Counted from the first letter of the stretch, positions 10,001 through 18,455 are shown. The stretch is 64,000 nt of DNA from a virus (IMGVR_UViG_3300030090_004128:66-64065); one strand, 5' to 3'. The notes: generated by a model from the sequence alone, not told the origin. Numbers and translations are program-made.

Positions 10001-10380
10001 CTTCTTACTTTAGATCTATTCCTTCTATATTCAACTCTAGACTTTTTACAACCATCACATCGACATCCCTTTCTATATGCTGTAGTTGACGGACATGGAG
10101 CCCCCTCTTTTTGCCTGGCGGCAGCGTAATTGCAGGAAGCATGTGAAAACGCTATATTATCTAAGTTGAAAAAATTACCTACAGGATCCGAAGAATCTAA
10201 CCATGGAGTCTTATGCTCTACAGTCATCCTCTTAGCTGTTTTTATTTCTGCTCCACACTGATAACACCAGTTGATTTTTAACCTTTTAGCTAAGCTGTAT
10301 AATAATTCTTTTTTTAATCTGTTTGAAGCTGTGCCAGGATTCATTCCCAGCTGTTTAGTCTTTTTAGCTTTAATGCACAT
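9997..10380 (-). CDS. HNH endonuclease with C-terminal Zn-binding motif
   Basis: CYQC...TVEHKTPW...NIAFSHASCN plus AYRKGCRCDGC. Confidence 0.8.
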   Translation of the reverse strand: MCIKAKKTKQLGMNPGTASNRLKKELLYSLAKRLKINWCYQCGAEIKTAKRMTVEHKTPWLDSSDPVGNFFNLDNIAFSHASCNYAAARQKEGAPCPSTTAYRKGCRCDGCKKSRVEYRRNRSKVRS

Positions 10381-10625
10381 TACTTTTTACGTTTGTTAAT
10401 CTTTACGCCTCTAGCATTTCGATCACCAACAGTCCTAGTCTTATTGCCTCTATTCTTAGAAGGGTCTTCCATAATAAAGGATCCATCAGCCATATGAGAA
10501 ACGTCCTTACCACCCTTACCATATATACCGTTATCCCTACGTATTTTATTGAGTGTAGCACGCTTTTTTTTAGCCTTATCGCTCTTATGAAACTTATCGT
10601 ATTCTTCTTTGTAATTTCTTGGCAT
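10380..10625 (-). CDS. Small basic HNH-like protein (true start probably MPRNYKEEY at 10625)
   Basis: RNYKEEY...GKGGKDVSH...EDPSKNRG pattern; promoter element directly before this ATG. Confidence 0.65.
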   Translation of the reverse strand: MPRNYKEEYDKFHKSDKAKKKRATLNKIRRDNGIYGKGGKDVSHMADGSFIMEDPSKNRGNKTRTVGDRNARGVKINKRKK

Positions 10626-10629
10626 AGGG

Positions 10630-10637
10630 CAAATATA
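10630..10637 (-). promoter_or_regulatory. -7 promoter element, probable leaderless transcript
   Basis: TATATTTG-CCCT-ATG on the minus strand. Confidence 0.6.
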
Positions 10638-10639
10638 TA

Positions 10640-11040
10640 AAAAAATTGTGAGATAAGTGTAGGTTTGGGATAATAATGTAATGTAACAGGTGTGCAACCG
10701 ATCCCGAAACCGATATTTTTTAGGGGGGTGGGTGTGCATATCTATATGCAAACGATTTGAAACATCGATTTTTGACAACTATTATCTAAATACATATATA
10801 ATATATATACTACTACCTAAGTCCAAAATAAATATATATATATATACATACACCGAAAGTTTATTTTTATTTAGTTTTAATTATTGCACAAAAGATTTTA
10901 GCTATTAACTATGATTGTGTGAAGTGTGCGAAGGTAGGGGCTAATACCCTAACTAATTTTATTCATCATCTATTTAACATACTGAAACTATATTTATATA
11001 ATTTATTTAAAACCTTTTTCCTCAAGAGAATGAAAATAAT
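10640..11040. other. Non-coding strand-switch region, candidate genome terminus / pac region
   Basis: No credible ORF; G-tract GGGGGGTGGGTG, iterated AA(C)CGAT motifs, TGCATA-TCTA-TATGCA inverted repeat, TATA runs; early genes start just downstream. Confidence 0.4.
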
Positions 11041-11051
11041 TTACATTTTAC

Positions 11052-11083
11052 TAGGATATTAAAATTATTTAACATTATATTTG
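11052..11083 (+). promoter_or_regulatory. Early promoter P1
   Basis: TAGGA at -33 and TATATTTG at 11076-11083, followed by hairpin TGATACG-TATTAAG-TGTATCA. Confidence 0.65.
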
Positions 11084-11145
11084 TAGGACTGATACGTATT
11101 AAGTGTATCACTAACTAAACTAAATAACTAATAAATTATACAACT

Positions 11146-11487
11146 ATGAATAAAGAATTTGGAATATGTAGAAAATATAACAGAGATGTAGAAATAAAGC
11201 AACTACATAAAAGAAACAATACAAAAACTTTAAATAAATACTCAAAGATAGTAGATAAGATTGGAACAATAGGCGATACAGGGGGAACTCATCACGATAC
11301 TCATTACTATAATTATCAAGGTGCTTTGGAAGATTTTTATCTATTAGAGGATAGTATTAAAGATGGATTATATGAAGTATCTAAAGCTATAATGTGCAGA
11401 TTAGACAAGGCACTAATTGTATCAAAAACAATAAGCAAGATAGACAAACTTGAAGATATTCTAGATGAGAATATACAATACGGATAA
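11146..11487 (+). CDS. Early hypothetical protein
   Basis: ORF preceded by ACAACTATG start context. Confidence 0.7.
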   Translation: MNKEFGICRKYNRDVEIKQLHKRNNTKTLNKYSKIVDKIGTIGDTGGTHHDTHYYNYQGALEDFYLLEDSIKDGLYEVSKAIMCRLDKALIVSKTISKIDKLEDILDENIQYG

Positions 11488-11489
11488 AT

Positions 11490-11712
11490 TAAATTACTAA
11501 CTAATAAACTATAAAACTATGAACCCTGAGATACTAGAAAGGAATAGAATGCTACTTAATTTGGTAAACAAGGAGATCGCTATAACAAACAAACAAGAAG
11601 AAGACAAATATAATATGTTGGAAGAATTGAGAAGAAATTTAGAAAGGACAATATCAATGCAATTATTTCAAGATTAAATAAATTACTAACTAATAAACTA
11701 TAAAACTATGAA
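11490..11712 (+). repeat. 34-bp perfect direct repeat of a translation-initiation region
   Basis: TAAATTACTAACTAATAAACTATAAAACTATGAA at 11490-11523 and 11679-11712. Confidence 0.9.
11519..11677 (+). CDS. Small early protein, 52 aa (not in ORF track)
   Basis: MNPEILERNRMLL...QLFQD after TAAAACTATG. Confidence 0.65.
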   Translation: MNPEILERNRMLLNLVNKEIAITNKQEEDKYNMLEELRRNLERTISMQLFQD

Positions 11713-11860
11713 TGACTTAATAGAACAATTTGAAATGGAACAAGCTAAACTTAATACTAATGTTAGCGACACCATAAACACGATCAATAAAGCACTATCG
11801 CCATTTAGAAATAAAGAGGCACACGAAAAGATAAAGCTAATGATTGATCAATTAAAGTAG
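11708..11860 (+). CDS. Small early protein, 50 aa (not in ORF track)
   Basis: MNDLIEQFEME...IDQLK after TAAAACTATG. Confidence 0.65.
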   Translation: MNDLIEQFEMEQAKLNTNVSDTINTINKALSPFRNKEAHEKIKLMIDQLK

Positions 11861-11919
11861 AGTATTACTGATGATAGCTAATAGCTTGAAATAGGGGATA
11901 ATCTCCCCTATATAATACT
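11861..11919 (+). ncRNA. Type I hammerhead ribozyme
   Basis: AGTATTA (stem I), CTGATGA, T-AGCT-AAT-AGCT-T (stem II), GAAA, TAGGGGA-TAATC-TCCCCTA (stem III), TA (UH), TAATACT (stem I'). Confidence 0.8.
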
Positions 11920-11939
11920 AAAAACTAAAGATTATAACT

Positions 11940-12146
11940 ATGAAAGCATACATATTAAAACTGAAATACCTATTTATTAATAACATTGGAGAACTAGATT
12001 TTCATGGAGAAGATTTTACAACACTGCATATCGATATGATGTTCTCAGATAGGTCTTTCCAAGATGTTATATTAAATAACTATTACAACGGAACGAGTGT
12101 AATAGAAACATACGAAGAACTAGCCGAAGGATTTATTACTAACTAA
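11940..12146 (+). CDS. Early hypothetical protein
   Basis: ORF track; AACTATG context. Confidence 0.65.
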   Translation: MKAYILKLKYLFINNIGELDFHGEDFTTLHIDMMFSDRSFQDVILNNYYNGTSVIETYEELAEGFITN

Positions 12147-12160
12147 AAAACTATACAACT

Positions 12161-12460
12161 ATGAATTACAATGAAGTAAACAACTATCGTAAAATTAAAT
12201 TTAAATACATACCTGCAACAAATCATAGAGGATCAAGAATATCTGTATATGAAACTGCAAGATGGAATAGAGACAAGACAAGAAGAATATCTTTAAATAA
12301 TAGTAATGAATATAATACAATAGATGAACAAGTATTCAACTACTTAAAGGACAAAGGATTTAATATAATAGGCAAAGGATATGAAAATGAATATGGTTTA
12401 TTCTTTGTAGATAATTGGGGGGAAGATTATATTGAAGTAAACGGAACTAAAAAAATATAA
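12161..12460 (+). CDS. Early hypothetical protein
   Basis: KYIPATNHRGSRI motif, a pattern I recall from small phage early proteins. Confidence 0.7.
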   Translation: MNYNEVNNYRKIKFKYIPATNHRGSRISVYETARWNRDKTRRISLNNSNEYNTIDEQVFNYLKDKGFNIIGKGYENEYGLFFVDNWGEDYIEVNGTKKI

Positions 12461-12572
12461 TTATGAATGACAAGGAATTAAAAGAATGGGAAGAAGAATA
12501 TAAAGAAGTCCAACAAAATATTAAGTGGCTACTACCACTAATGATAACAATTATAATCTTAAATATAATACT

Positions 12573-12803
12573 ATGAATAATATAAAACTAACAGACAAGG
12601 AACTTGTATTAATAATAAATGCACTAACTGAAAAGATCAGATACAAAGGTGTACAGAAACTATTATCTAATATACACAATCAATTATTTACTAATGGTAC
12701 ACTAATGCTTGAAGAAGAAGAAAAAAAAACTAACAAAAGAAATTGGTTTGATTTTAACAAGGCACACCAAAAATATCTTGATAAATTAACAGATACAGAA
12801 TGA
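12573..12803 (+). CDS. Early hypothetical protein (start revised to ATG 12573)
   Basis: MNNIKLTDKELVLIINAL; ACTATG context. Confidence 0.6.
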   Translation: MNNIKLTDKELVLIINALTEKIRYKGVQKLLSNIHNQLFTNGTLMLEEEEKKTNKRNWFDFNKAHQKYLDKLTDTE

Positions 12804-12819
12804 AATAAAGTGAAAATAA

Positions 12820-12851
12820 TTTGCATATATGAAATATAATTCGTATGTTTG
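12820..12851 (+). promoter_or_regulatory. Early promoter P2, consensus Bacteroidota sigma70
   Basis: TTTG (12820-12823), 20 bp spacer, TATGTTTG (12844-12851). Confidence 0.8.
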
Positions 12852-12882
12852 TAAAACAATCAACAACTAAAACTAAATAATT

Positions 12883-13122
12883 ATGAAACTAAACACAAAA
12901 TACTTAACGGATCAATTAACTAATATACTAACTAACACCAAGAATTTTTTAATCTATGTATTGCTACATATAGTAATGTTATCATTTTTAATAGGTGGTG
13001 GATATATGATGATGATGATAGTGATAAATAAGTGGTGGATCATACTTGAATTTGTTTGTGGTACACTAATGTTAACCTCAGGTATTATAATGATCTTAAC
13101 TGCAATAGAAATAAATAAATAA
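12883..13122 (+). CDS. Early membrane protein (2 TM)
   Basis: Two long hydrophobic stretches. Confidence 0.65.
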   Translation: MKLNTKYLTDQLTNILTNTKNFLIYVLLHIVMLSFLIGGGYMMMMIVINKWWIILEFVCGTLMLTSGIIMILTAIEINK

Positions 13123-13142
13123 TAACTTAAAACTAAATAACT

Positions 13143-13445
13143 ATGAATGATAAAACTATAATTGTAAACAAAGATACTAATGTATGGACTTTAATAGACA
13201 CCAAGAATTTGATAACATTTGAAGAATTTAAAGAACAATTAATACATTATAAAAGTAGTATATCATGGATCGACAAGTACGGAACAAAACATTATATGTA
13301 TGGAAAAGATCCGATATTAAATGATGAGGGGGAAGTGGACTTTGAAATGGCTACAAAAATATGGCGAGAAAATGATAAGAAGTGTTATGATTGGATCAGA
13401 GAAAATAAATTGGACTTATTAATTAAAAAAAACAATGGTTGTTAG
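13143..13445 (+). CDS. Early hypothetical protein
   Basis: ORF track; AACTATG context. Confidence 0.65.
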   Translation: MNDKTIIVNKDTNVWTLIDTKNLITFEEFKEQLIHYKSSISWIDKYGTKHYMYGKDPILNDEGEVDFEMATKIWRENDKKCYDWIRENKLDLLIKKNNGC

Positions 13446-13455
13446 GTTTTTAGTT

Positions 13456-13531
13456 TGATAAGTAGGTTAAGATTAGGAGAAACCAATCTTGTAATTATAA
13501 GCTATATGTCGTGCTTATTCCCTACATATCA
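13456..13531 (+). ncRNA. Candidate three-way-junction structured RNA
   Basis: P1 TGATA-A-GTAGG/CCTAC-A-TATCA; P2 AAGATT(A)GG-AGAAA-CCAATCTT; P3 ATAAGC-TATATGTCGT-GCTTAT. Confidence 0.5.
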
Positions 13532-13576
13532 TAATCAAAACAACTAAAGTATTAACTAAATAAAAAAACTAAAACT

Positions 13577-13873
13577 ATGGAATTTAAAGTATTAAAACAA
13601 CAAATAACAACAAGAGGTGGTGGAATAGAGATAGACCTAACACCCTTTGGCTACAAATATATGAAAATGACTGCATATCAAAACTATTTAGGTGGTGGTA
13701 TGTTGGGAAGTATTGCTAATGATTGTACCCTTAGAGATTGGGAAGATGATCCTAAATTGGTAGATATAGCAAAACATTTGAGTATGTATTTTCATGGATT
13801 AACTAATCCTGATTGCGAATATGAGGGAATGAGTTTTGAAGATAGACAAAGTTTGCCGACAAGTGCTTATTAG
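13577..13873 (+). CDS. Early hypothetical protein
   Basis: MTAYQNYLGGGMLG motif; AAAACTAAAACTATG context. Confidence 0.7.
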   Translation: MEFKVLKQQITTRGGGIEIDLTPFGYKYMKMTAYQNYLGGGMLGSIANDCTLRDWEDDPKLVDIAKHLSMYFHGLTNPDCEYEGMSFEDRQSLPTSAY

Positions 13874-13999
13874 ATATAGCTATCCTTTGATACAAATAGC
13901 TACTAACATTAAGGAAGTAGGAGAAGTAGAAGACAAGAGATATATATTTTTTATATAAAAATTATATAACTAACATAGTTATCTACTAATAATGATCGG

Positions 14000-14028
14000 A
14001 AGGTACAAGAAAAAAATGAGAATGTCAA
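14000..14028 (-). promoter_or_regulatory. Antisense-oriented sigma70-like promoter
   Basis: Minus strand TTGACA (14028-14023), 17 bp spacer, TACCTT (14005-14000); fires into a non-coding AT-rich gap. Confidence 0.45.
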
Positions 14029-14052
14029 GTATTAACTAAAAAAAATAAAACT

Positions 14053-14364
14053 ATGAACACAAACACATTAAACAAACATTTAGAAAATAGATCAACAAAA
14101 GATATAACTAAAATGATAAATGAAATAACAGATATTTTTGATAAATATGATGAAGAATATAATATAAGACACCAAAATTTTTATCTTTTAAAGATTAATA
14201 AAAATGATAGGAATTGTAAAGAGAAAATAGTTTATGAGGATAAATTATTTAAAATGAGCAACATAAGAGATATGTTAAGAAGTATGTTTGAAGAAAGATA
14301 TTTTGATCGAATACTTAAAACAAGAACAGAGAACTTATTAAAGAAAGTAGAATTATTAGATTAA
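14053..14364 (+). CDS. Early hypothetical protein
   Basis: ORF track; TAAAACTATG. Confidence 0.65.
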   Translation: MNTNTLNKHLENRSTKDITKMINEITDIFDKYDEEYNIRHQNFYLLKINKNDRNCKEKIVYEDKLFKMSNIRDMLRSMFEERYFDRILKTRTENLLKKVELLD

Positions 14365-14498
14365 CAAAAAAAAAATAAAACTATGGAAAAAGAATTTGAA
14401 TATATAAAATGTAGTGAGTGTTCTTTTGACTTATTAGATGATAACAAAAAATTATTAGAACACTATTGTATTAATGATGAACTTAAATAAATAAAACT

Positions 14499-14843
14499 AT
14501 GGAAAAGAAAATAAGTAAAGAAGAATTTGACTTTAGGGTTAAGTGTGTTGAATTATGTCTTGAAGATATTAAGAATAATGATGAGCCACTAAGAAGTTTG
14601 TTTGATATAAATATAGCAACAGATTTAGATGATAAAGAATGTTTAGATTGGTATGAAGGGGGTTGGGGAGAAAGGCAAATTAAAATTATGGAAAAAGAAA
14701 ATATAAAATTTACACCAACAGAATTAAGTTGTCTTTTAGATATGGTAGAACAAGATATAGAAGATAATGATGAGTGTATTAGAGAACTACATAAAGAAAC
14801 ATTAAAAGATATATATAATAAATTAGTAATCTTAAATAAATAA
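14499..14843 (+). CDS. Early hypothetical protein
   Basis: ORF track; TAAAACTATG; an internal second MEKE start-like segment suggests fusion of two small ORFs. Confidence 0.65.
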   Translation: MEKKISKEEFDFRVKCVELCLEDIKNNDEPLRSLFDINIATDLDDKECLDWYEGGWGERQIKIMEKENIKFTPTELSCLLDMVEQDIEDNDECIRELHKETLKDIYNKLVILNK

Positions 14844-14846
14844 ATT

Positions 14847-15236
14847 ATGGGATATAGAAGTAAAGTGATCTTTGGTGTAAAGAAAACACATAAAGATAAA
14901 TTTGATAAATTAATAGATAAAGCAGATCGATTACAAGACAATGAAAAAGATAAATATGTATGCGACTATTTTAAGAAGAATGTTAAAATTGTTAAGCCAA
15001 AATATGAAAAAGAATACATTGTATTTGAAGATGATTGGTTAAAATGGATAGGTTATGAGGGAGATGATAACTTTCCTTATATTGATTTAGTTAATGAAAC
15101 TATTGAAGAATGGTATGATAGTGATGAAGATATGGGTGCTTTTATAATAGCTTTAGGTGAAGATGGCTATAAATTTGAGTACGGAGAATGGTATGATGTT
15201 GTTAGTGAAAAACATGAGATAACTATAAACGAATAA
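14847..15236 (+). CDS. Early hypothetical protein
   Basis: MGYRSKV...WLKW...FIIALGEDG pattern. Confidence 0.7.
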   Translation: MGYRSKVIFGVKKTHKDKFDKLIDKADRLQDNEKDKYVCDYFKKNVKIVKPKYEKEYIVFEDDWLKWIGYEGDDNFPYIDLVNETIEEWYDSDEDMGAFIIALGEDGYKFEYGEWYDVVSEKHEITINE

Positions 15237-15239
15237 ATT

Positions 15240-15380
15240 ATGGAAAAGAAAGTAGAACAAGTAAACAAAGAGATTGCAATAGAAGCATTAAGGTCTATGT
15301 TAGGTTGGTCGGATCGGATCGGATCAGATGAAAGAGATGAGATAGATTTTGTAATAGATATATTAACTAGAAAAAAATAA
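15240..15380 (+). CDS. Small early protein, 46 aa (not in ORF track)
   Basis: MEKKVEQVNKEIAIEAL...ILTRKK. Confidence 0.55.
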   Translation: MEKKVEQVNKEIAIEALRSMLGWSDRIGSDERDEIDFVIDILTRKK

Positions 15381-15384
15381 AATT

Positions 15385-15528
15385 ATGGGATATACAGAAA
15401 AGTGGCGACTTAATGCAAGAGATTTTTGCGACCATTGTGAAATAGAATGTGAGGACTTAATAGAAACTATTAATGAGGAATTTTTATGTAGTGGTTGCGA
15501 TAGTAAAAGATTAATTAACGAACAATAA
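15385..15528 (+). CDS. Small CxxC...CxxC zinc-finger protein, 47 aa (not in ORF track)
   Basis: FCDHC...LCSGC. Confidence 0.6.
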   Translation: MGYTEKWRLNARDFCDHCEIECEDLIETINEEFLCSGCDSKRLINEQ

Positions 15529-15538
15529 AAATAAAATT

Positions 15539-15796
15539 ATGAAGAAATATAAATTAACAAAAAAGAGATTTGCAGATTGGTTGTTCTCAGATAGTGATGA
15601 TGTAGAGTATTGGGGCAGAAGATTTGTGAGTGAATTAAGAGATAGTGGAGAGTATAGTATAACATTACAAGAGATATTTGATGAAAGAGATGAGATACCT
15701 ATATATATATTAGAAAACTACCACGATCTTAATGAAAAACAAGTAGATGATTGGGTTGATGAAGTATGTATAACAAAGGTTGAATTAATAGACTAA
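15539..15796 (+). CDS. Early hypothetical protein
   Basis: ORF track. Confidence 0.65.
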   Translation: MKKYKLTKKRFADWLFSDSDDVEYWGRRFVSELRDSGEYSITLQEIFDERDEIPIYILENYHDLNEKQVDDWVDEVCITKVELID

Positions 15797-15801
15797 TAAT
15801 T

Positions 15802-15927
15802 ATGAATGATTACGATAGAGAACCATACCAAGATCAAGTAGATCAGACACCATGTAAATTCTGTGGAGAAGATACTAACTATGACTTTTGTTCTACCTCT
15901 TGTAATAGGGCATATTGGAATGACTAA
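15802..15927 (+). CDS. Small zinc-finger protein, 41 aa (not in ORF track)
   Basis: CKFCGE...FCSTSC. Confidence 0.6.
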   Translation: MNDYDREPYQDQVDQTPCKFCGEDTNYDFCSTSCNRAYWND

Positions 15928-15959
15928 TTTGCATAAGTGAAAAAAATTTACTATATTGC
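15928..15959 (+). promoter_or_regulatory. Early promoter P3
   Basis: TTTG (15928-15931), 20 bp spacer, TATATTGC (15952-15959). Confidence 0.65.
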
Positions 15960-15988
15960 ATTAACTAAAACTAATTAAAACTAAAACT

Positions 15989-16354
15989 ATGGATAAAAAA
16001 ACTAGCGAAATGTGGTCTAAAAAAATTCTAGAATGGGGAAAAGAATACAGAAATAAACCCGTAGCACCAAGAGACAGATATATGGTATATGATCTTCAAC
16101 AAGGGGAATACAGAGGGGAAAGTTCAATGTCTAGTATTGGAGAACCTTATAAATACTCAACATTAATGGATATAGAGGGAGATTTATATCACTTTCACTC
16201 AGTAGATTGTGGTGGATTAGATAGTCAGGAAGAGTTTGATAGCATAAACCTTATTGATATGTGTTCTTTGTTTGGTTGGGAGATCAGAGATTTAAATGGC
16301 AACACTATAACTCTTTCTATGGGTAAAAATGGTAGATATAAACTAAATAAATAA
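15989..16354 (+). CDS. Early hypothetical protein
   Basis: ORF track; TTAAAACTAAAACTATG context. Confidence 0.7.
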   Translation: MDKKTSEMWSKKILEWGKEYRNKPVAPRDRYMVYDLQQGEYRGESSMSSIGEPYKYSTLMDIEGDLYHFHSVDCGGLDSQEEFDSINLIDMCSLFGWEIRDLNGNTITLSMGKNGRYKLNK

Positions 16355-16362
16355 ATAAAACT

Positions 16363-16566
16363 ATGAGAATTAAAATAGAAGATTACTTTGGTAATGATAT
16401 AGTAGAATTACATATAAGAAATTATGATCAACAATATAAAAATATAGAAGAAGATATTATGGAAACAGATGAATATAATATAGCAGATGTAGATGAAGAC
16501 GAGCATGGTATATATGTAAGAGTACAATTATCAACTTCAATGACAATGTATAAACTAAATAAATAA
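16363..16566 (+). CDS. Early acidic hypothetical protein
   Basis: ORF track. Confidence 0.65.
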   Translation: MRIKIEDYFGNDIVELHIRNYDQQYKNIEEDIMETDEYNIADVDEDEHGIYVRVQLSTSMTMYKLNK

Positions 16567-16570
16567 AATT

Positions 16571-16789
16571 ATGGAAGAAATTGAAATTAATATAAAAGGG
16601 CAAAAGGTTGTTGTAAGGACAGATATGGATTGGACTGAAGAATATAATCAAGGTTGGAGATATGTTGTTTGGGTAGGTGGTTGTGATGATTACTTCACTA
16701 ATTATGAAGATGCGAAATTAGAGCATGATATATGGAAAAATGAGGGGTATGATGAACTTGGCATTGAAAAATTAACTATAAATAACTAA
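16571..16789 (+). CDS. Early hypothetical protein
   Basis: YVVWVGG...GYD motif. Confidence 0.7.
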   Translation: MEEIEINIKGQKVVVRTDMDWTEEYNQGWRYVVWVGGCDDYFTNYEDAKLEHDIWKNEGYDELGIEKLTINN

Positions 16790-16793
16790 AACT

Positions 16794-17117
16794 ATGGAGA
16801 TAAAAATAGAAGATCATTTAGATGATCAAAAGTGTTTAAGTATAGGTATATATATAAATGATAGATTTACAGGTTGTTTTTGGGATAGCCACGAACAAAC
16901 TAATAACTGGATAATAAACGATATGAATATAACAGATAATCTATGTGATTTAGGTTGCGACTTTGATGAAGATGATTACCAAGCTGTATTCGTACTATGT
17001 GTAAATATAACACAAAGATACCCAATAATGGGGGTTAGATTACTTAGACAAATAATGGAAGCCTTTGATCATAATTATGATAGTGATGAAGGTATAATAA
17101 CTAAACTTAAAAAATAA
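16794..17117 (+). CDS. Early hypothetical protein
   Basis: ORF track. Confidence 0.65.
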   Translation: MEIKIEDHLDDQKCLSIGIYINDRFTGCFWDSHEQTNNWIINDMNITDNLCDLGCDFDEDDYQAVFVLCVNITQRYPIMGVRLLRQIMEAFDHNYDSDEGIITKLKK

Positions 17118-17121
17118 AACT

Positions 17122-17292
17122 ATGAATAAAGAAGAATTAATAGAATTATGGTTAGAGGCAGAAGAAGAATTAAGAAGTGGAAATGATAATAAATGTATAG
17201 AGTTTAAAGACTCTTTTCTCTACCAATATGCAAAATTAAATAGGAACGAACAAGAGTATGTTAGAGACTATTTGGATAGTTGTGGGGCATAA
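17122..17292 (+). CDS. Small early protein, 56 aa (not in ORF track)
   Basis: MNKEELIELWLEAEE...LDSCGA after TAAAACTATG. Confidence 0.6.
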   Translation: MNKEELIELWLEAEEELRSGNDNKCIEFKDSFLYQYAKLNRNEQEYVRDYLDSCGA

Positions 17293-17317
17293 AAATAATA
17301 ACTTAAAAAATAAAACT

Positions 17318-17725
17318 ATGAATAAGAAAAAAATGAAAGAAATAAGAAAACAAGTAAGAAGTGCTATGCAATCTTCAGTACAAGAAATGAGAAATGACTT
17401 AGATTATGCAAACTCTCAAGCAAATGAGGATCAATTAAAAAAAGAAGAAAAATTTGTACCCCATGCAATAAGTAATGCAACATTTGGACACTACAGACAA
17501 CAACAGAAAGAAATAGATGAAGCTATGAAAACATTAAGAAATGCAGGTTATTATGTGGATAGTATGTATCATATAGATGATGTAAAAAGTCATTATGATT
17601 GTGAAGATGAAATAGCACAAGAAATAATTGGCTTAGCTATTGACAGTGATGGTACTGCAAATCAAATATGGGAAGCTATAACATATATGGCTGAAGATGA
17701 GTATGGCTTAGAACCTAAAGAATAA
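17318..17725 (+). CDS. Early hypothetical protein (start revised to ATG 17318)
   Basis: MNKKKMKE after TAAAACTATG; LRNAGYYVDSMYHIDDVK motif. Confidence 0.7.
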   Translation: MNKKKMKEIRKQVRSAMQSSVQEMRNDLDYANSQANEDQLKKEEKFVPHAISNATFGHYRQQQKEIDEAMKTLRNAGYYVDSMYHIDDVKSHYDCEDEIAQEIIGLAIDSDGTANQIWEAITYMAEDEYGLEPKE

Positions 17726-17870
17726 GATATGGATATAATTATAAAATTAACAATGGTTTTTATAGTCTTGTATTTATGTATTTTTATAACTATATTTAGT
17801 TTTGTGGTTATATTGTCATTCTATACTCAATTAATACTACCTATAATAAAACTAATTAAAAGAATATAAC

Positions 17871-18200
17871 ATGGATAGTATAACTTTTAGAAAAGCTCAT
17901 GATCTTAAATTCTCTATTGAGAAGGTGGGTAAAAAATCAAACTCATGTCAAGATTATGTTATTGAAAAAAAACTACAAAAGATAGTTAAGAATAGCATGA
18001 ATGATAAAGACACTATAAACTCACTAATGGGTAAAAAGGGCTTTGGAAATACAGAGAAATCTGTTATTGAAAATATAAAAATAGTTATTCAAGATAAAAT
18101 TACATCATTAAATGGCGAGGAGATTAAATACTATATTGAAAAATTACAGAATGTTCCTGTTTCGAGTTGTATTAAGCAAATTAGAAAAAAATACTCATAA
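17871..18200 (+). CDS. Hypothetical protein
   Basis: ORF track. Confidence 0.6.
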   Translation: MDSITFRKAHDLKFSIEKVGKKSNSCQDYVIEKKLQKIVKNSMNDKDTINSLMGKKGFGNTEKSVIENIKIVIQDKITSLNGEEIKYYIEKLQNVPVSSCIKQIRKKYS

Positions 18201-18207
18201 TTTAGAT

Positions 18208-18408
18208 ATGTTAGTAAATCATACTGAAGAAGATGATCTATATAAATACATATTTGAGGACAACAGGGATATAAAAAAGGTAATACCGAGAGGTTGCACT
18301 AAAGAATTTATGGAAGTCCTACAGCATTTGCTGTATCATTATGAAGAAGATCAAGAATATGAAAAATGTCAGAAGATTTGCGACTTTATAGATCAATGGG
18401 AAATGTAA
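18208..18408 (+). CDS. Hypothetical protein with UVR-like motif (start revised to ATG 18208)
   Basis: HYEEDQEYEKCQKI. Confidence 0.55.
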   Translation: MLVNHTEEDDLYKYIFEDNRDIKKVIPRGCTKEFMEVLQHLLYHYEEDQEYEKCQKICDFIDQWEM

Positions 18409-18455
18409 TGTCAACTGGCCTTGCGAATTATTTTGAAAAAAACTTTCAATAATAG

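Noticed and set aside
10626-10778. N-terminal extension of the 10380-10778 ORF
   Set aside because: Runs through a promoter element and non-coding region; the family-like sequence begins at MPRNY (10625)
11490-11712. Direct repeats as a CRISPR array
   Set aside because: Only two copies 189 bp apart, each ending in a start codon; no cas genes
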